Shown: positions 10,919 through 22,240 of the stretch, piece after piece | Position numbering within the stretch: position 1 is the first letter of the stretch | How the letters are laid out: each line of letters starts with the position of its first letter | Source of the DNA: Octopus sinensis | Taxonomy: Eukaryota | DNA: 30,977 nucleotides | Reading direction: 5' to 3' | Assembly: GCF_006345805.1 (NCBI RefSeq) | Contig: NW_021832443.1 | Coordinates: 1-30,977, forward strand | Notes under the pieces: generated by a model | Database searches by the model: none | What the model saw: only the letters and a program-made list of their open reading frames with translations | What the model was told of the DNA's origin: nothing | Position numbers and translations under genes: made by a program

Positions 10919-11744
10919 CTATTGAATAATTGTAACATTTTATTTTACAGATATATATATATAATATATGGAAACATAAATTTTTGCCACGGTGATATGT
11001 AAAATACTCGCCTCTGATTGGCTAAAATACCCAAATTTTGCAAATTTTAAAGGCTAATAACTGTTTAATTAAGCATTTATAGGGAAAATCAATTTCCTCT
11101 TCATAATTAGTATACAAAACGTAATCCATATATCACATTTGCAAACAATTAGACCAAAATCGTAAACAATGACATGAAACACAATGATCCAGATTAAATG
11201 CTGGAATGCCTGGGCTTCAGCCATTAATAGCTCCTTGCCTTAGATATATATTCGATGTCTTGCCATACAGAACGAAGGGCCCTTTCTACGTGGGTGTTAA
11301 ATTCGTCTCCAAGCGACGGCATTTTATACCCACATAGAAATATACGAAAGTTATTGCAATCAGTTGAAACAACAGGTGTAAAATCTGCGTACACTTATTT
11401 TTCCCTTTAATCTTCTTGGGATATTCTGCCGGAGCCTCGTAGAGCTTTAGGTGTTTTCGCTGTTGCTGCTCCTTCTTCTTCTTCCAGTCAGGAAACACGA
11501 CATTAGCCACAAAGAATAATCCCTAATTCGAGCCTACTCTAAGCTACTAAGAATGCGTGTGGTAACTTGAAGATCTACCCACCACACGCGATAGACTGGT
11601 GGTTGCACGGGCCTGAAAGCTATGTTGTTTTCCTCATTCCATAAACGGTGGCTTTTAACGGGTGCAGAGGATTTGCAATCAAGACTAGGGTCTGAAAGTT
11701 TACCACACAATATTGGGTGGCCCCATGGTTCCTTTGCTATGTGG

Positions 11745-11945
11745 CAGAAGTAGGAAGAAAAAGTGAGAGAAAGTTGTGGTGAACGAGAACAGCGGGGTTT
11801 ACCCCCCCCCCCCTCCACCTCCGGATCCTCATGGAGCTTAGGTATTTTTGCTCAATAAACACTCACAATGCTCGGTCGGGGAATCGAAACCACGTTCTTA
11901 CGACCGCGAGTCCGCTGCCCTAACCACTGGGCCATTGCGCCTCCA
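11745..11945 (-). mobile_element. SINE-III with tRNA-like head
   Basis: Minus strand GGAGGCGCAATGGCCCAGTGGTTAGGGCAGCGGACTCGCGG...GGTTTCGATTCCC (A and B boxes), then a non-tRNA body. A ~35-bp body motif recurs at ~11426-11462. Confidence 0.75.
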
Positions 11946-12319
11946 CCGTAGTTGTCGCTGCCATCATCATCATCATCAGCACCAACACCAACACTAACAC
12001 CGGCATCGCCGCCAACACCACCGCCTCCACCACCACAACCACCACCCTACTCTTCCTCATCACCAGTCTCTTTGCCATCTCCATCTCCGCTTTAATTAAT
12101 CAAAACTACTACAATAGCCCTTTCCTACAGCACTTAATACCAGAAGAATTATCACTACCACTGACATATCTACAGAATTGCTGCCGATTTTGGTGCTGTT
12201 GTTAATGCTACTGCTGTTTTTTGACGATGGGAAACTCCTGCTGCTTTCCCAAAGACATCGCCAAGAACAAATAGAAAGTCGCATCATTAAACAGCCATAA
12301 TTAATTTACTTGCGCCCTT

Positions 12320-12525
12320 ATGTATGTATGTATGTATGTATGTATGTATGTATGTATGTACGTATGTATGTAAGTACGTACACATGTAAGTACATACACA
12401 GATATATATCTATCTATCTATATATCTATACATCTCTCTCTCTATATATATATATGTTTGTGCGAGTGTATAGCGAAAGACAGAGTTGTGGTGAAATAAA
12501 GGGACATATCTAAGTGCATTGATGT

Positions 12526-12571
<46 letters not shown>

Positions 12572-12605
12572 GTATATATATATATATATATATAATATAT
12601 ATATA

Positions 12606-12651
<46 letters not shown>

Positions 12652-12682
12652 CATACATACATACATATATACAGACAGGCGG

Positions 12683-12717
<35 letters not shown>

Positions 12718-12744
12718 CATTCTCGTATAGAAGTTAGTGTGTGA

Positions 12745-12799
<55 letters not shown>

Positions 12800-12895
12800 T
12801 AATAATAATAATAATAAGAAGAAGAAGAAGAAGAAGAAGAAGAAAGAAGAAGAAGAAGAAGAAGAAGAAGAAGAAGAAGAAGAGAAGAAGAAGAA
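12320..12895. repeat. (TATG)n, (TA)n and (AAT)n-to-(AAG)n microsatellites
   Basis: Direct reading. Confidence 0.95.
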
Positions 12896-13255
12896 GTTGA
12901 AAAAGAAGAACACAGTTAAAAAAAATTGTATGAAGCATTAACGTCAGAAGGTATTCCAGTAGAAAATAGCCAAAACATATAATGAGTGATTCAATTAGTG
13001 TTTGGAACTTGGCAACAACATTGGAAATAAAAAAGAAATTTTCATTTGATATGTTACCAAAAAACACCCCATTATTATGATTCTAAAACTACAAGATCAT
13101 ATTTTATCCAGGAATTTTTTGCACGTTATATTTTTTTCTTAGTTTTTGAAATATGTGTCTTTATTTCCAAGTTCTTTCTTATGTAACATTCACACATATA
13201 CAAACCCATTTTACAAACACACACACATATATATATATAGATGTATATGCCATAC

Positions 13256-13300
<45 letters not shown>

Positions 13301-13556
13301 TTGAGTTGGCAATATTTAAATAAAATGAAAGTGTAGAAATCGATAAAAAATACAATTCGTGAAAAAATATAATGAACAATAATTAGAAAAATATACTAGG
13401 AAATACAAAAAACGGAATCTTCGGAACTTGAGGTAAAATGTGTAAATAAAGGCATAATTATACAAGGGTAGGAACTAAATAATAATTTTTTTTTTTTCAC
13501 TTATTTTTTTATATGTTTCTCCAAATTTCTCATTATATTAACGAATGTACATTTCT

Positions 13557-13587
<31 letters not shown>

Positions 13588-14374
13588 TTAAAAAATGTAA
13601 AACTCTCTTCAAGCGACATTTTATAAATGGATATAAATATATAATTTTTTTTTTTTTATATATTCCAAATGTACGAAAACAATTTTGATTGCTTGATTTT
13701 TACAGAATGTTTCATCAATAAATCAGTCTGAAAATAGTTGCTTGGAATCGAGTAAATATTTCTGAAACCAACATCGAAGCTCTTATGTGAAATTTATTGC
13801 TAGTTTCGGACCATTACTGAAGAATATAAAAGCTGTTTAAATATACACGAACAGATTATTTTTTTCCCCACATAACAACTTCTTATTCACTAAGATTATA
13901 CGAGTGTTTAACATTTATATTAATATTGTTATTATATTGTTGATATGTTGTGCGTTTATCAATTTTCACATCTCATGAAAAAACATATTCTGGTCTTTCA
14001 TTGAAAATATTTCAACACTTTCAGATTTGTTAAACTACGTCACACCGCCGCTCACATTCATGCACGCACACGCCTACGCACGGACACACAAGCGTACATA
14101 TGCTGCTGTCCATGTGAATTTTATTTCAACTTGAAAAACATCACCACTTAACGAATTCATAACATAAAATTTAATACATAAAAAGCTACATTTAAAATAA
14201 ATCTGGTTTCCTTTGTCTTTTGTTTCTATACTCATAAAGAATGTCTTCACTTTGACAATGCATGTGTATAAAAAAAAAGCAAACATAAATATAGCATTGT
14301 TTTAGAGATATAGACATTTTGAAAATATAAGCTCTGTTTTTTTTCTCCTTAACGTTTTACAAATTTTAACAGAT

Positions 14375-14447
14375 GCGTGTGTGTGTGAATGTATATGCAC
14401 ACACATATGTAAATCTATATACATGGATACATATATTATATATATAT

Positions 14448-14481
<34 letters not shown>

Positions 14482-14776
14482 CAGATGGAGGCTGGAAGAA
14501 AGAATACGGATATTTATATATGTATATATGTACATATATGTATATATGTACATATATGTATATGTACATATATGTATATATGTACATATATGTATATAAA
14601 TATGGGTGTATATATATATAATATATATACCTATACCTATATCTATATCTATATAGGTATACATATGTGGACACACACATATATAAGCATATATGTGTGT
14701 ATATACACGCAAATATAGGTATGTCTTCATATATATATATATATATCATATAAAACATATATGTAAATATGTATTC

Positions 14777-14814
<38 letters not shown>

Positions 14815-14894
14815 GCAAGTAAGCACACACTCTCATACATACATACATGCATACAAATATACATACATACTTACATACATACATACATACATGC

Positions 14895-14925
<31 letters not shown>

Positions 14926-14950
14926 CATACATATATATATATATACATAT
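14375..14950. repeat. Degenerate (TA)n/(TACA)n field
   Basis: Direct reading. Confidence 0.95.
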
Positions 14951-15397
14951 ATATTCTTTATAGCTGCACATGTACTTCGAGAATGAATTGGGGAAATATG
15001 TTTCTGTGTGTGTGTGTGTGTATAGGTGGGGTTCGTATGTCCATGTATAGTCATATACGAATATATTTTTCAAAGTTAGTGGGTCATTTAGCTAATGGAA
15101 GAAATATTAGCATTCGGTTTTAGCAAGAGATTCAAAATAATATTAGAGTATAATTTCTGTGGTTATATGGCGTAGGAATCAGTTGCAGTGGGGGTGGAGT
15201 CAATATAGGAAGCCTGAGATATAAAGTAAAACAGAGAAACCATGTTACGTTTATAAATTTTTGTTGCAAGTTTCCTGATGTGAAACCGTGTGTTGAAACA
15301 AATATTGTTGTATTTCAGGATAGTCTTTTTATTTTTTTTTCAAAATAAACACACGCACTGTATATTTGTTCTTCACTCGTACATTAATTTCCATTTT

Positions 15398-15437
15398 CCG
15401 GAAATCTTTCGTCACACATCTCTGACCTCTTCAGCGA
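15398..15437 (-). ncRNA. Hammerhead-ribozyme-like motif
   Basis: Minus strand: UCG-CUGAAGA-G-GUCA(gagaugug)UGAC-GAAA-GAUUU-C-CGG. Intact core, 4-bp helix II, near-palindromic helix III (AGAUUU vs AGAUCU), only 3-bp helix I. Confidence 0.45.
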
Positions 15438-16046
15438 CACTTTTCGTTATCATGAGTGCCCTTGCTCCACTCACTCCATTCTGCGCTTCTATGATATGTA
15501 TCCTTATGTGTGAATGCATTTGCGTCCTTGTGTGTGTGTGTGGGGGGGGTGCATGATTGTTGTGTGGAAAACAGAAAACCTTATATCCGTGAACCATTTT
15601 GTATGCCCAAGTTATACAAAGCCCCATTTAAACTCAGATTCATAGCAGAAGCCCGGAAAGGTAGGAAGAGATATAGAGACCTTAGCTAACGAATTTCTAT
15701 GATTAGAACAGTTTTATTAAGAAATATCGGACGTCTTACCAACGTTGTAGTTTAGTTTATTATAGCAATCTTGCGTGGATTGTTATTTAAATTTTGGTGT
15801 ATGAATGTAATACATATTTATGTTGATTCTACACTATATAAATGTAAATTTTAAACTGGGAGACTATGGAATATTTAAATAATGGATCTAGTGTACTGAA
15901 GTACATCTAAGTATATATCGATCAAATATGAAGTGGATTTCCTACTTAAAATGTGATATGCTAAAGGGATAAATTTTGTTATAGATAATGTATGTGTTGA
16001 TAGCAGGCAAGTTATTTAGACTCTTTTAGACATTCCCATGGCAATA

Positions 16047-16372
16047 GGCGCTGATATTGCTGTGTGGTAAGAAGCTTGCTTCCCAACCACATGGTCCGGG
16101 GTTCAGTTCCACTGCGTGACATCTTTGGCAACTGTCTTTTACTATAGCCTCGGGCGGGTTTGGTAGACGGTGTATATTGTGTTGTGGTGTGTGTGTGTGT
16201 GCATTTGTCCCCATCACACCTTGACATCCGGTGTTGGTGTATTTAAATCCCCGTAAAAAGAAACCGATAAAGTAAATACTAAGTTTAAAAAATAAGTCAT
16301 TGGGTCGATTTGTTTGACAAAAAATCCTATTAGGCGCGGTACTCTCGCATGGCCGCAGTCAAATGATTGAAA
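16047..16372 (+). mobile_element. SINE-I copy, diverged with internal deletions
   Basis: Aligns with 188-720. Confidence 0.85.
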
Positions 16373-16374
16373 AT

Positions 16375-16580
16375 CTCTTTTACTCTTTTACTCTTTTACT
16401 TGTTTCAGTCAATTGGCTGCGGCCATGCTTGAGCACCGCCTTTAGTCGAGCAAATCGACCCCATGACCTACTCTTTGTAAGCCTAGTACTTATTCTATTG
16501 GTCTCTTTTGCCGAATCGCTAAGTTACGGGAGCATAAACACACCTGCATTGGTTCTTAGGCGTTGGGGGCACACAGCCAC
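16375..16580 (-). mobile_element. SINE-I 3' half, tail-to-tail with the preceding copy
   Basis: Reverse complement of the tail, including three CTCTTTTA repeats. Confidence 0.85.
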
Positions 16581-17083
16581 TCCTGAACTAATAGAAAACT
16601 AAAAGAATCGGATTATATGGAGTCTTTCGTTTTCCGACCTCTTTAGCATTTTCAACATGAAGTTTCTTTGTGGTTTCTGAGAAAAAAAGTTAGACTTGTT
16701 TAGTCATGCTAGTGGTTGTTGTAATTACAAAAATTATATTTTCGTTATCAGTTATACTTTCACCAGGAATATTTGCATGGAATTTTACCTACGTAATCTG
16801 AGTCTAACAGGATCAATGTATATACAAGAGTATATACCTGAACCTTTTGAATGAGACTCGTAAGAAAGCCGAGATGATAAAGCTGTATAGTAAAATTTAT
16901 GAGGTTTACTTTAAAGTCACTCGCATACCGCTTACGGGATACTTCACAATTTTGAGACAAGGACATACCACATTCAGCTCGATGAGTATTAAGATTTGGA
17001 AAAATATTTAATACATGTAATATATTGATTTCAAATTTCAGGGAAGAAGCTGCGTCGATTACTTCGATGCAAGTGAGGAACTA

Positions 17084-17649
17084 TTGGGTTGTCCGGAAAG
17101 TTCGTGCCGATTTATAGTAGCTTACCTTTCGACTTATTTTAGAACATAGTTCAGTCCATAAAATAGGATTTAACTTCACCTCCATTTAGAGCACAGTTTA
17201 AGCTATCTTTTTGTGGAAGAATATTTATGTTCCTATAAACTGTGTTAATTCTGGAACCCTTTAAAATGGAAGATAAGAAAGTTCATTTTCGGCACTTGAT
17301 GCTTTGGGAACCAGACAAAAATTGCTGCAGCTCTGCTGGGATGTGTTACCCCACCCTCCATATTCACCAGATATTGCTCCTTCGGATTTCCACTTAATCA
17401 GGTCTCTGCAGAATAGTCTTAATGGTAAAACTTTTAATTCCTTGGATGACGTAAAAAGATACCTCAATGAATTCTTTGCCATGAAACCACCCCAATTCTG
17501 GGAAGGGGGTATTTTCAAATAAAAGGAAAGATGGAGACGCATTGTGCAACAAAATGTTTCATATTTGGTTGATAAAAAATGTAATGGCAAGTATTTATTG
17601 ACCTTTTTCTTTCCTTTAAAAATCGGCACGAACTTTCCGGACAACCCAA
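17084..17649 (+). mobile_element. Internally deleted mariner (Tc1/mariner, DD34D-type) element, 566 bp
   Basis: Perfect 30-bp TIRs TTGGGTTGTCCGGAAAGTTCGTGCCGATTT at 17084-17113 and 17620-17649. TA on the left, TT on the right (mutated TA duplication). Transposase remnants inside. Confidence 0.95.
17266..17573 (+). pseudogene. Mariner transposase remnant: N-terminus fused out of frame to C-terminus
   Basis: MEDKKVHFRHLMLWE from ATG 17266, then in another frame TRQKLLQLCWDVLPHPPYSPDIAPSDFHL...GIFK*KERWRRIVQQN (YSPDLAPSD mariner motif). Confidence 0.92.
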
Positions 17650-18891
17650 TTGTATTTATTTGTTCGACCCCGAAAGGATGAGAGGCTAGGACGAAATGTC
17701 GTTAAGCGGTTTGCCCGGCGTCCTTACGATTCTGCCAGCTCGCCACATTTAAGAGATGTAACATATAAGCAGATTTTACTAATAACCATATAAGACACAT
17801 TAGATTAAGTTTATTATGCCAAAGATTAATACAAATATTTGATTGGTTTGGGTTATTCAATGTTATATTTAGTAAGCTTACACTCATTTGGAACTTACAC
17901 TTAAGTAATAGATTAGAAGCTAAACACTCCGAATATATTATTGCCAATATTAAGTATACGAGAGGCTTGGTAATGGTGTAAGAGTTTATTTTGTAAACCT
18001 GTCTGATCCAGTTTCTATTTAATTATTTATATATGTTAATCCATTACTAATTATTTGCTTATAGGATTCTATATGGTTTTACGTGGGATATGTTCGCTCA
18101 CACGTTACATCAGATTTCTTGTAGTAGATTTCCTATGAATCATTTATTAGTATCGAATTCACATAAGTCGATGCCGGAGATATAAACGTGTATGCGTTTT
18201 ATTTCTCATCGGGCTATGATAAGGTTTTATAAATCGGAGATTCGTATTCATGGTAGAAGCATTTTATTTTTTTACATTCACAATAGCGATATGCTATTGT
18301 TTCTAAGGCTGTTTCAACTCCTAGGAACAATTGATTATACATTGGCCTCTCTCGTGTAAGCCCGCTCTTGTAATTCGGATTGTTTGTAGTTTCTTACTGA
18401 CTATGTATGAATCAAATATTTTCCAGATGTTAGGCGCACATTCTTCTATAGAACGAATGACGTTTCGCGACATCACAAAACTGTCCTTTTCTTCTTTTGT
18501 TACCTCCATCGGTAATATCTAAATTAATTATTTAATGGATGCGTGTGACTTTTTTGCGAGTTCAACCTATATGTTTCTCTCACGTTACTTTATAATCAAT
18601 TGGCACCGGGCGAGGGAATTGCCCTGCTTATGTTATACTATAGAGTTTTCACGTTAGTGTCACAATTCAATTTTTACTGTTATGTTGAATCATTTCCCTT
18701 ACAGGTCCTTCGGCTATTTTGGTTTCGTGTTAGAGTTTGTTAATGTTTAAATTCTATAAGACTATACTGTGTTGCATATACTTTTAGTTTAACGGGGTCA
18801 GAAGGCCGATAAAAAGCTGATGTATATATATATATATATATGTTTGTACGTATATGTGTATATATGTGTGTACACGTATGTGTATATATAC

Positions 18892-18925
<34 letters not shown>

Positions 18926-18970
18926 ATGTGTGTGTGTGTGCGTCGATGTGTGTACATGTATGTGTATATA

Positions 18971-19263
18971 AATTTTGGGGGAGGGAGCCAGTCGATTAGA
19001 TCGACTCCAGTACGAAATATCTATTTCTTTACTACCCACAAGGCACTAAACACAGAGTCGACAAACAAGAACAGACAAACGGATTAAGTCGATTAAATCG
19101 ATCTCAGTGCGTAACTGGTACTTAATTTATCGACTCCCGAAAGGATGAAAGGCAAAGTCGACCTCGGCGGAATTTGAACTCAGAACGTAGCGGCAGACGA
19201 AATACCGCTAAGTACTGCTAAGCATTTCGCCCGGCGTGCTAACGTTTCTGCCAGCTCGCCGCC
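18971..19263 (-). mobile_element. SINE-II chimera: tail-type-2 remnant, 185-bp tail-type-1 module (19022-19206), head
   Basis: Junction GAAATATC|TATTTC. The type-2 part looks deleted between CAGTACG and CAGACG (microhomology). The head has a short GCTAAG duplication. Confidence 0.85.
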
Positions 19264-19857
19264 TTAGAAAATATAAATATTCAATATAGAAGACTGAGAT
19301 GTTCACTTTACCTCAGAATCCAGTATTTGAATTTCATGATATTTGTGTGATATCGTGTCTGCTGGATGGATGGAGAGATAGACAGAAAGACTGTGAGAGG
19401 AAAGAGGTAGATAAAGAGACCTTGGGGAAATAGAGAGAGAGACAGAAGGAAAATCGTAACAGTAGATGTTGTTGTAGTAGTAGGAGTAATAGTAGTAGAA
19501 GAATTGAGGTAGGGGGTTTTATTGGTTCTGAGAAAAACTAGTGTAGTTCAATTGTCTGTGTAAGGATTGTTTGCTTTCTTTGCTGCCTGGGGCTAAATGT
19601 TTAGTATTTTGTTGTGTGGGCGCTATATCTGGTTGTCCTGTTTATCTGTTTAATGTCTGTGGGTTTTCTCTTTATTTCAATGATTGCGCCTTGAGGCTCA
19701 GATGTGCTGTTTGCGGTGTAGATTTTGAATGGAATATTATTTCGTTTTGTATTATTTGTAGATAAGTTTCGTCATTATGAATACTGAGAATGTGTTGTAG
19801 GTGATGCGTCAGTTGATCAAGTTGTAAGGCTTTCATTTTGCAGTGTATAACTAGACA

Positions 19858-20159
19858 AACTTTACGTGTATAATTCCTTTCTACTCTAGGCAAAAGCCCG
19901 GAAATTTTCGGACAGTTTGCCAGTCGATTAGATCGACACCAGTATGCAACTGATACTTAATTTATCGACCTCCAAAGAATGACAGGCTAAGTCGATCTTT
20001 ACGTGTATAATTCCTTTCTACTCTAGGCAAAAGGCCGGAAATTTTGGCGCAGTTAGCCAGTCGATTAGATCGACACCAGTATTCAACTGGTATTTAATTT
20101 ATCGAACTCGAAAGGATGACAGGCTAAGTCGACCTTGGCGGAACTTTGCGTGTATAATT
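19858..20159 (-). mobile_element. Two tandem 5'-truncated SINE-II (tail type 2) units separated and flanked by TTT(A/G)CGTGTATAATT
   Basis: 15-bp direct repeat at 19861, 19998 and 20145. The units share private variants (TGACAGGCTAAGTCGA). Confidence 0.85.
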
Positions 20160-20246
20160 GCGTGCACTAATGATAGAGGTACCACTTATTTAAGCCTCCT
20201 GATATATTTTAGAGTGTATTGTTGCTGACCATATTAGGGGATAATA

Positions 20247-20446
20247 TTCCTTTCTATTATAGGCACGGAGCCTGAAATGTCGGGGGAGGTGGTCAGTTGA
20301 TCAGATCGACACCAGTAAGTAAGTGGTACTTAATTTATCGGCCCCGAAGGGAGGAAAGGCAAGATCGACATAGGCGGAATTTGAACTCATAACATAGCGG
20401 CAGACGGAATACCGCTAAGCATTTCACCCGGCGTGCTAACGATTCT
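20247..20446 (-). mobile_element. SINE-II, tail type 2, head 5'-truncated
   Basis: TTCCTTTCTATTATAGGCAC... tail, shared core and partial head. Confidence 0.8.
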
Positions 20447-20840
20447 TTTCTACTCTAGGCGAAAAGGCCCGAAATTTTTGGCGAGGTTCCAGTCCTACAC
20501 ATGGACCCCAATACACAGCTGGTGCATAAATTATAGATCCCGAAAGGATAAAACGCAATTTCGACCTCGGCGGAATTTGAAATCAGAACATAAAGACAGA
20601 CGAAATATCTATTTCTTTACTACCCACAAGAGGCTAAACGCAGAGAGGACAAACAAAAACAGTCAAACTGATTAAGTCGATTGCATCGACTCCAGTGCGT
20701 AACTGGTACTTAATTTATCGACCCCGAAAGGATGAAAGGCAAAGTCGTGCTCGGCGGAATTTGAACTCAGAACGTAACGGCAGACGAAATACCGCTAAAC
20801 ATTTCGCCCGGCGCGGTAACGTTTCTGCCACTTCGCTGCC
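20444..20840 (-). mobile_element. SINE-II chimera: type-2 element plus 184-bp type-1 module (20610-20793) plus head
   Basis: Junction GAAATATC|TATTTC at 20602-20615. Confidence 0.85.
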
Positions 20841-21827
20841 TTATTAGGGGCTAATATTGACGAAACTGCAGGTTGACGCTTTTTTGTATGCCCTGAAGAG
20901 TGTCTATATTTTCATGTTGCCTACATCGGTAGTATGTAAATTGAGTGATCTAAGGGATTCATATAAATTTTTTATACGTGTCCATTCAACCTTACTTGTC
21001 GAATATAAGGCCTAATAAAGTTTGACATTTATTGTTAAAAGTGACGTCTGTTGTGTTTCTTTTCATAGATACAGATGCATCGTTTCTGTTGTTGTGTAAA
21101 AACTAAGAAGTGTTGCCATATTTTGCATATTGGGGAAGTTTCAGTTACCTCTTACAACCCGAGCTAAGTTCCTGTGACGAGTCTACGGAACATTAATTTG
21201 CATTGGGTTTAGCCAAACAGTTTTTAGTAATAATCTGTGTAACTCCTAAAATGTCTAGTTGTGGCGAGACAAAGAAGGACACGCAACACGCATACGAACA
21301 CGCTTTCACACGCATGAATGTATGTATGCATGAACGAATGTATGTATCTATTTACATGCACACACACACAGATCCACAAATACACACACACAAACACACA
21401 TACATACACACAAATACAAACACATATGTGTATGTATATGTATGTATGTATATATATGATTAAACGTTTCAACTACATGTACTTATCGCACTAAACCCCC
21501 AGAAACTTTAGTTGACGTACAGGAACACTTCAGAACCGGCACAAAGAGAGAGCATGTCTAATATATATATATATATATATATAATTGAAAAAATAGGATA
21601 AAATCTTTATAAGTATTTATCATGAAGTTAGCGTGAGAAACCTCATAAGGGAAAACTCCATAAATTATTCCTCTTAAATATATTTATTTATATTTAGGGC
21701 ATTACTATACATAAATGCCTCACGCTAGGAGGGACTCTTAAGGTCAAAACTACCATAATAAATAAGCACATAGTACCGAACTCGAGGGAATGCAACTCTC
21801 CAAGCGAGCATTTTAAAACCAGATTCA

Positions 21828-21894
21828 GCTGCAAATATATCATATGATTTCATAATTAGTGCACTCAATGCACTTTGTAATCATCAGTGCAAGC
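21828..21894 (-). ncRNA. Degenerate hammerhead-ribozyme-like motif, ~250 bp from a (TA)n tract
   Basis: Minus strand: GCUUGCA-CUGAUGA-(AGUGCA/UGCACU hairpin)-GAAA-UCAUAUGA-UAUAUU-UGCAGC. Palindrome AUCAUAUGAU in helix III. A 4-nt AT slip and a weak helix II base. Confidence 0.4.
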
Positions 21895-22112
21895 ATAATT
21901 CAAGATACATATAAATGAGCAAAAATCATCATACCAGAGGAACGCCACATGTATCCAGCATAGAACATAGAATTGTTCACCCTTATATATCTATGTAAAA
22001 GGCGGGCTGTTCAAATTGCATCTCTGTGCACGTGTTTATTCAGAATAAACTTCAGCACTGAATATATTCCGGTTAAAATTATTACTATTGTTATTAGTAC
22101 TACTCCTTTTTA

Positions 22113-22240
22113 TCAGCTGAGTGTATTAGAGTGACGTGAAACAATTTCTTGCTCAAGGACACAACACACTACCAACTATGGAGCTCACGACCTCGCGAGC
22201 TTGAACCGAATACCCTAACTTCTAAGCCACGTGACTTCAC
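22113..22240 (-). mobile_element. SINE-IV remnant: tRNA-like head plus CORE-like GTGTCCTTGAGCAAG segment
   Basis: Minus strand GTGAAGTCACGTGGCTTAGAAGTTAGGGTATTCGG...GTTGTGTCCTTGAGCAAG. Single decayed copy. Confidence 0.55.

Larger units (their letters stand above)
10737..10938. repeat. 202-bp near-perfect palindrome: 93-bp arms (10737-10829, 10846-10938), 3 mismatches
   Basis: Arms compared base by base. The 16-nt centre also pairs (GAAAAA/TTTTTC). Confidence 0.95.
17032..17750 (-). mobile_element. Decayed SINE-II (tail type 2) split by the mariner insertion
   Basis: Left flank ...GTCGATTACTTCGATGCAAGTGAGGAAC and right flank GTATTTATTTGTTCGACCCCGAAAGG...GCCAGCTCGCC are contiguous in the SINE-II consensus seen elsewhere in the window. 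Confidence 0.65.

Noticed and set aside
15275-15325. Plus-strand CTGATGTG...GAAACAAATATTGTT
   Set aside because: A9 is missing and helix I does not form.
18321-18522. Short ORFs on both strands with possible splice signals
   Set aside because: About 62 aa, no recognisable motif; compatible with chance.
19571-19893. Strand-skewed region with an A/C-rich minus-strand ORF, possibly a LINE relic
   Set aside because: No endonuclease or RT motif recognised.
4118-20840. CRISPR array or prokaryotic system
   Set aside because: The repeats are dispersed SINE modules without unique spacers, there are no cas-like ORFs, and the DNA is eukaryotic in character.
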